Source: Nitrospirota bacterium (GTDB lineage: Bacteria; Nitrospirota; UBA9217). From it: a stretch of DNA of 64,000 nt. Location of the stretch: positions 128,001 through 192,000 of the forward strand of contig CAVWHO010000022.1 in the NCBI GenBank assembly GCA_963754875.1, written 5' to 3'. Positions within the stretch are counted from its first letter, which is position 1, and the number at the start of each line of letters is the position of its first letter. A program made the translations under genes and the position numbers. The notes under the pieces are model-generated. The model was not told where the DNA came from and ran no database searches. It saw only the letters and a list, made by a program, of their open reading frames with translations. This document shows positions 59,061 to 64,000 of this stretch, piece after piece.

Positions 59061-59663
59061 TTACAACTTCCCGGTCTTCTGATATTCCTGAACATAAAGC
59101 TTGATCGCCCTCAAGATCATCCAGTCCACCGTAACACTATTGTCCTTTGCTATCTGGACCATTGCGTCGATAAGGTCCTTATCGATCGTGGGCATGCCGG
59201 ACGCCTGCGATTGTGGTTGAGCAGCCTCTTCGCTCATACCGAGCTCTGCTCCGGGAGTCCGCTTGAGATATTCCCGCCGAAGAATTTTCTTGAGGCCCTT
59301 GACATCTCCGCTCTCGATTGCCTTTCGCACATCCTCAGGCACTTCCGGCGACATCTGCTCCGCAGCCTTTTGCTCGGAGGACACAGTCTGCTGCTGCTCC
59401 TCCTGTGCAGGAGACGGCGGGGTTGTTTGGCCCCCCATGGGCATCATCCCCGTCATCCCCATCATCATGGATGCCAGGTTCTTCGCATATTCATTGTCCG
59501 GCATTTCCCGCTTCAGAAACTCATCAAGCTTTCCTTCTGCCATGGCCGCGGCCATGCTGTCTGCCGTCAGTCCGCCCTGATCCTCAGATTGTTCCGAAGA
59601 CCTCTTTCTCCCGAATGGCGTGTTCGGCGGCGTTGGAAGCGGTTTTTCTTTTTTCATGGTCAT
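59061..59663 (-). CDS. Hypothetical protein, low-complexity with a possible C-terminal ribbon-helix-helix-like segment
   Basis: 200-aa ORF with Shine-Dalgarno AGGA; C-terminus IDKDLIDAMVQIAKDNSVTVDWMILRAIKLYV. Confidence 0.65.
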   Translation of the reverse strand: MTMKKEKPLPTPPNTPFGRKRSSEQSEDQGGLTADSMAAAMAEGKLDEFLKREMPDNEYAKNLASMMMGMTGMMPMGGQTTPPSPAQEEQQQTVSSEQKAAEQMSPEVPEDVRKAIESGDVKGLKKILRREYLKRTPGAELGMSEEAAQPQSQASGMPTIDKDLIDAMVQIAKDNSVTVDWMILRAIKLYVQEYQKTGKL

Positions 59664-59945
59664 TCCTGCTTTCTGTGGGCTGTTTTAAATTTATACGCAT
59701 ACTCGTAGGAAATCGGTGCTGCCACGCGCGCCTCCTCTTTCACCTTCCCGGGAATACAATATCTCACGGTCTTGACGTTGTCAAGACCTGTCGTAGCGAA
59801 CATTCGTACAGCATCGGAGCCGCCGCATACCCCTTTTTTACCATACCCCTTTTTTACCATTGAAGTTACAAAAGAGAAGGGGTACATTATGGGACGCTTT
59901 TTCATTCCTGCACGACACAGGACACCCAGTACAAAGGAGAACAGA

Positions 59946-60374
59946 ATGACTCAAGCCAAACAGGGAGATACCGTCAACGTACATTATACCGGCAAATTGG
60001 GTGATGGGACCGTCTTCGACACGTCCCGGAGCCGGCACCCTCTCCAATTCACAATCGGCAAGGGACAGGTTATCGTCGGGTTCGAGCAGGCCGTCGGCGG
60101 CATGAACACCGGGGAATCCAAGACCGTAATTATCCCCATGGACAATGCATACGGCCCGCGCCGCGAGGAAATGATCATTACCATGGAACGGAGCAAGCTT
60201 CCTGCTGACCTGGTCCCGAAAGTCGGCCAGCGCCTCGAGCTTACCCAGATGGACGACCAGAACATCCTGGTCACGGTCACGGCTGTCACGGATTCCATGT
60301 TGACCCTTGATGCCAACCACCCTCTTTCCGGAAAAGACCTTGCCTTCGACATCGAACTGGTCGGGATCGTATAA
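59946..60374 (+). CDS. FKBP-type PPIase (SlyD/SlpA-like, no His tail)
   Basis: VHYTGKL.DGTVFD, AYG, DANHPLSGKDL.FDIEL. Confidence 0.92.
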   Translation: MTQAKQGDTVNVHYTGKLGDGTVFDTSRSRHPLQFTIGKGQVIVGFEQAVGGMNTGESKTVIIPMDNAYGPRREEMIITMERSKLPADLVPKVGQRLELTQMDDQNILVTVTAVTDSMLTLDANHPLSGKDLAFDIELVGIV

Positions 60375-60611
60375 CCTGTCTGTGTAATGTCATACTTGAG
60401 TATGCATTCCAAAGTCCAATGAATGCAGGATCAACGGTCGTGTTTTCCGGAGATTTCATTTCTCACGCAGACCGGTCGGATGTGCACTTTTTCTGATCCC
60501 CTCGTAGCATGACTGGTTGTCTTGAAAAAGAGTTTCTCTTTCCCCTGGATGGTGGTACTATTATTTCAGACAGGGTGGCACGTCGCCCTGCCGATCCGGG
60601 CTAGTGAAACA

Positions 60612-62721
60612 ATGAAGCTCTTTTTGAAACACCGGGCGATCCGCATAATTCTACCGTATGTTCTCTTTGGAAGCCTGTGGATCGCTGCATCGGACCGAGT
60701 GCTCGAGATTTTTGCTCCCGATATCCATGCCCTGACCATCCTGCAGACCTATAAAGGATGGTTTTTTGTTGCAGCAAGCTCCGCCCTCCTGTTACTCGTC
60801 TTGCGCCGTGAATTTCAGATCCGCAACCGCGCGGAAGCGGCACTCAGCGAATCCGAAGAAAAATACCGTCTTCTGATGCATAATGCCAACGACGGCATCG
60901 TCCTGGCCGACGCCGAGAGCGGTCTCATCCTGAATGTGAACCGGAAAATCGAGGAGCTCGCGAACGTCCCCGAGGACCAGCTTGTCGGCAGGCACATCTC
61001 AACGCTCCACCCTGCAGCGGACAGCGGCCGGTGCCAGAGACTGTTTAGAGAGGTCGTCGAGAAACACAGCTCCCTTTCGAATGATCTCTGCATCCTCCAT
61101 CACAACGGCGACGACCGCAACATTCCCGTTGAAGTCAATGCGAACCTCATCGAGATCAACGGGAAAAAAATCATCCAGGGCATTTTCCGGGACATTGCCC
61201 AGCGCACTGCGGCCGAAGAAGCGCGGCGCAGGGAAAAGGAACGGGCCGAGCGGTACCTCGACGTTGCAGGGGTCATCCTCCGCGTCCTCGATCCCGCGGG
61301 CACCGTGACCCTCATCAACAGGAAGGGCAGCGAGATCCTGGGATACGGGGAGGAAGAGATCATCGGGAAGAACTGGTTTGATCATTTCGTCCCGGACCGG
61401 CATGAGAAATGAAGTACGGTCAATCTTCTCCCGGTTCATCACCGGGGAGCTTGTGCCCGTTGAATATTATGAAAACCCCGTTGTTACCAGAAACGGCGAG
61501 GAAAGGACCATCGCCTGGCACAACACGCTGATCAGGGACGAGCAGGGCCGGATCGTCGCGACACTCAGCTCCGGCGAAGACGTCACCGCACGGAAGCGGG
61601 CGGAGAACCAGGCCCGGTACCGGCTTGAACATCTCGTCGCGCTCCATGCCATCGATCTCATCATCAGCTCGAGCCTCGATCTCCGCGTGACGCTCGAGGA
61701 GTTCCTCGATCTGGTCATCTCGCAGCTCCGGGTCGACGCAGCCGACGTGCTCCTGCTGAGCCCCCATACCCAGACGCTCGAATTCGCCGCCATGGAGGGC
61801 TTCCGCGACTCGCGGATCAGACACTCGCGCTTGAGGCTCGGCGAGGGTCTGGCCGGGCAGGCAGCTCTCGAACAGCACAGCATACAGATAGCGGACCTCC
61901 GGGCACCCAACAGCGGCTATGTCCGGGCTCCACTCCTCGAACAGGAGGAATTCGTCGCCTATATCGTCGTGCCGCTCATTGCCAAGGGACAGGTAAAGGG
62001 CGTGCTCGAGATACTGCACCGCTCGCCCCTGGACTTCGACGAAGAGTGGATGAGCTTTCTCGAGGCCCTTGCCTCGCAGGCAGCCATCGCCATCGACAAC
62101 GCAACGCTATTCAATGATCTCCAGCATTCAAACGCTGAACTGGTTCTCGCGTATGATACGACGATCGCGGGATGGGCGCGCGCGCTTGAGCTGCGCGATC
62201 AGGAAACGGAAGGCCATACCCAGCGCGCCATGGAAATGACGCTCCAGATTGCCCGGGTCCTGGAAGTGAGCGAAGCCGAGCTGGTGCACATCCGGCGCGG
62301 GTCACTGCTCCATGACATCGGCAAAATGAGCATTCCCGACAGCATCCTGCTCAAGACCGGGCCGCTCACGGACGAGGAGTGGACGATCATGCGCCGCCAT
62401 CCGGTCTATGCCTTCGAGCTTCTCTCGCCGATCACCTACCTCAAGCCCGCGCTCGACATTCCTTACTGCCATCATGAGCGCTGGGACGGCACGGGTTATC
62501 CCCGGGGGCTCAAAGGCGAACAGATCCCCCTGGCGGCACGCATCTTCGCCCTTGCCGATACCTGGGATGCGCTCTACTCGGAGCGGCGCTACCACGCCGC
62601 CTGGTCGGAAGAGCGGGTGCGGGCGTATATCCGCTCCCTCGCCGGCTCACAATTCGATCCAAAGATCGTCGAAGTGTTCCTCGGAATGGAACAACTGATG
62701 AAAGAGCAGGTAACGACGTGA
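60612..62721 (+). CDS. Membrane PAS-PAS-GAF-HD-GYP phosphodiesterase, with an apparent 1-nt frameshift near 61400
   Basis: The second PAS domain is split between ORFs 60522-61412 and 61378-62721; LLHDIGK, HHERWDGTGYP. Confidence 0.85.
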
Positions 62722-62809
62722 GAATTGTCGAGGGGGGAATCGAGGAAGGTAAGATTTTCGTGAATGCGGTTCTGTAGATCCGGAGCTACGACCAATGCCG
62801 GCGTTCCGG

Positions 62810-63310
62810 TCAGTAACTCCCGCCCAGTGACAGGATCACAAAGTTTTCACCGGTGTTCGGGCCGGGCCAGTGGAACAAAAACTTTGCATCTGAATAATGA
62901 ATCCAACCAAGGGAAAAGAGCACACCGCCCAATCGCTTTTCATACACGAGGCATCCGTAGAATTCATAGGGCTGACCTAAGTTTGCCGTCGTTCCATCGA
63001 TGCGGCTGAATCCCGCAGTCAGACTCACGGAATCATTTTCATTCCGCTCCCACCGAAGGCCTCGCGCCAGGTTGAGGGCCAGATTCTGATTGCGTCCGGT
63101 CCAGGCCGAATAGGACACTTCATAAAAACTTTCTTCGTTGAATAAAACCGGCGCCGCAAACTGGTAACCGCCTATGAGTAGTTCCGTATTGTGAGAAAAA
63201 TAGAATCCTTCACCGCCTGCAACAAATACCCCCCCGGCCGCGGCACTTCCCGGCAGCAGGGAAAAGAGGGTGATTGTAACAAAGAGTATACTTCCCATCT
63301 TCCTGTTCAT
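62810..63310 (-). CDS. Outer-membrane beta-barrel, PagL/acyloxyacyl hydrolase-like
   Basis: Signal peptide, C-terminal HYSDA...PN.GEN resembling PagL HxSNA...PNxG, terminal aromatic residue. Confidence 0.55.
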   Translation of the reverse strand: MNRKMGSILFVTITLFSLLPGSAAAGGVFVAGGEGFYFSHNTELLIGGYQFAAPVLFNEESFYEVSYSAWTGRNQNLALNLARGLRWERNENDSVSLTAGFSRIDGTTANLGQPYEFYGCLVYEKRLGGVLFSLGWIHYSDAKFLFHWPGPNTGENFVILSLGGSY

Positions 63311-63347
63311 AGAAGAAAGTATAGCGCAAAAAGAGGGGCGCCTGCAC

Positions 63348-63373
63348 TCCCCGCGTCCTGCCGGACGCGGGGA
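63348..63373. terminator. GC-rich hairpin downstream of yidC
   Basis: TCCCCGCGTCC-TGCC-GGACGCGGGGA. Confidence 0.55.
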
Positions 63374-63379
63374 ATTTTT

Positions 63380-64000
63380 TTAAGACGAAAGGGCGGACTT
63401 GCTCGCGATAAGTTTTCTCACGTACAACTGCTGCACGATCGAAAGAACGTTGGAGAGGGAAATATAGAGCAGGAGCCCGGCCGGAAGCCATGCGAAGAGG
63501 AAAATAAACGCAATGTTCATGAACATCATGATTTTCTGCTGCTGCGGGTCCACGGTCGTGGAGGTCATCTTCATGGTAAAGATCATGCTCACGCCCATCA
63601 GCACCGGCAGGATATAGTACGGATCATAAACGGAGAGGTCCTTGATCCAGAAAGAAATGAACGGCGATTGACGCAACTCGATGGATACGGACAGCACGTT
63701 ATAGAGGGCGACGAAGAACGGCAGCTGCAGCAGCATCGGCAGGCACCCGCCGAGCGGGTTGACTTTGTGCTCCTTGTACAGTTTCATCATTTCCTGGTTC
63801 ATCCGCGCAGCGTCCTTCTTGTACTTTTCCCGCAGCGCCGTCATCTGCGGCTGGATCTTCTTCATCTCCTCCATGGCCGTAGCACTCTTAAGCGACGGAT
63901 AGAACAGCAGTGCCCTGACGACGATCGTCAGCAGGATGATCGCGATGCCGTAATTTTTCGTGATGATATAAAAATTTCTCAGGAGCCAGAACATCGGCTT
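63380..64000 (-). CDS. yidC: Membrane protein insertase YidC, C-terminal part (5' end outside window)
   Basis: NYGIAIILLT, NPLGGCLP, WIKDLS..DPYYILP, PAGL.LY...SN. Confidence 0.96.
   Translation of the reverse strand, partial: KPMFWLLRNFYIITKNYGIAIILLTIVVRALLFYPSLKSATAMEEMKKIQPQMTALREKYKKDAARMNQEMMKLYKEHKVNPLGGCLPMLLQLPFFVALYNVLSVSIELRQSPFISFWIKDLSVYDPYYILPVLMGVSMIFTMKMTSTTVDPQQQKIMMFMNIAFIFLFAWLPAGLLLYISLSNVLSIVQQLYVRKLIASKSALSS

Noticed and set aside
1..64000. CRISPR array, prophage, rRNA or oriC DnaA-box cluster
   Set aside because: I saw no regularly spaced repeat-spacer units, phage genes, rRNA-like sequence or clustered TTATCCACA boxes.

Overview
Origin-proximal chromosomal window of an anaerobic bacterium. 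Gene content and style suggest Nitrospirota or a Desulfobacterota-like lineage; this is inference. The housekeeping backbone comprises ftsH (partial), dksA, tRNA-Val(CAC), an RlmI-type methyltransferase, three SurA/PrsA-type foldases, mfd, pgi, mnmE-mnmG-rsmG-parA-parB with two parS sites, bactofilin, a large purL, rlpA, an FKBP PPIase and yidC (partial). The most striking part is a ~13 kb co-directional cluster (46.1-58.9 kb) behind a sigma54-type promoter. It holds a complete corrinoid methyl-transfer set: two MtaA/CmuA (URO-D family) methyltransferases, an MtrH-like pterin methyltransferase, a corrinoid protein and a RamA/RACo-type activator. The same cluster carries an HdrDE-like membrane heterodisulfide reductase and the Methanosarcinales-type coenzyme M biosynthesis genes cysteate synthase and fused comDE. 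It is flanked by a COG0523 metallochaperone, a PAS/GAF kinase with a sigma54 activator, and a signal-peptide-less SsuA-like binding protein. This may be a bacterial, non-methanogenic CoM/corrinoid methyl-transfer system. Other notable items are a Clp1/NOL9-family RNA 5'-kinase gene bracketed by the two parS sites, an IS200 that rewrites the purL C-terminus, an unannotated sigma54-driven 37-aa membrane peptide in a tRNA-linked islet, heptamer repeats inside coding sequences, and a possible ~42 kb inversion separating yidC from mnmE. All assignments come from motif recognition by eye; no database searches were run.
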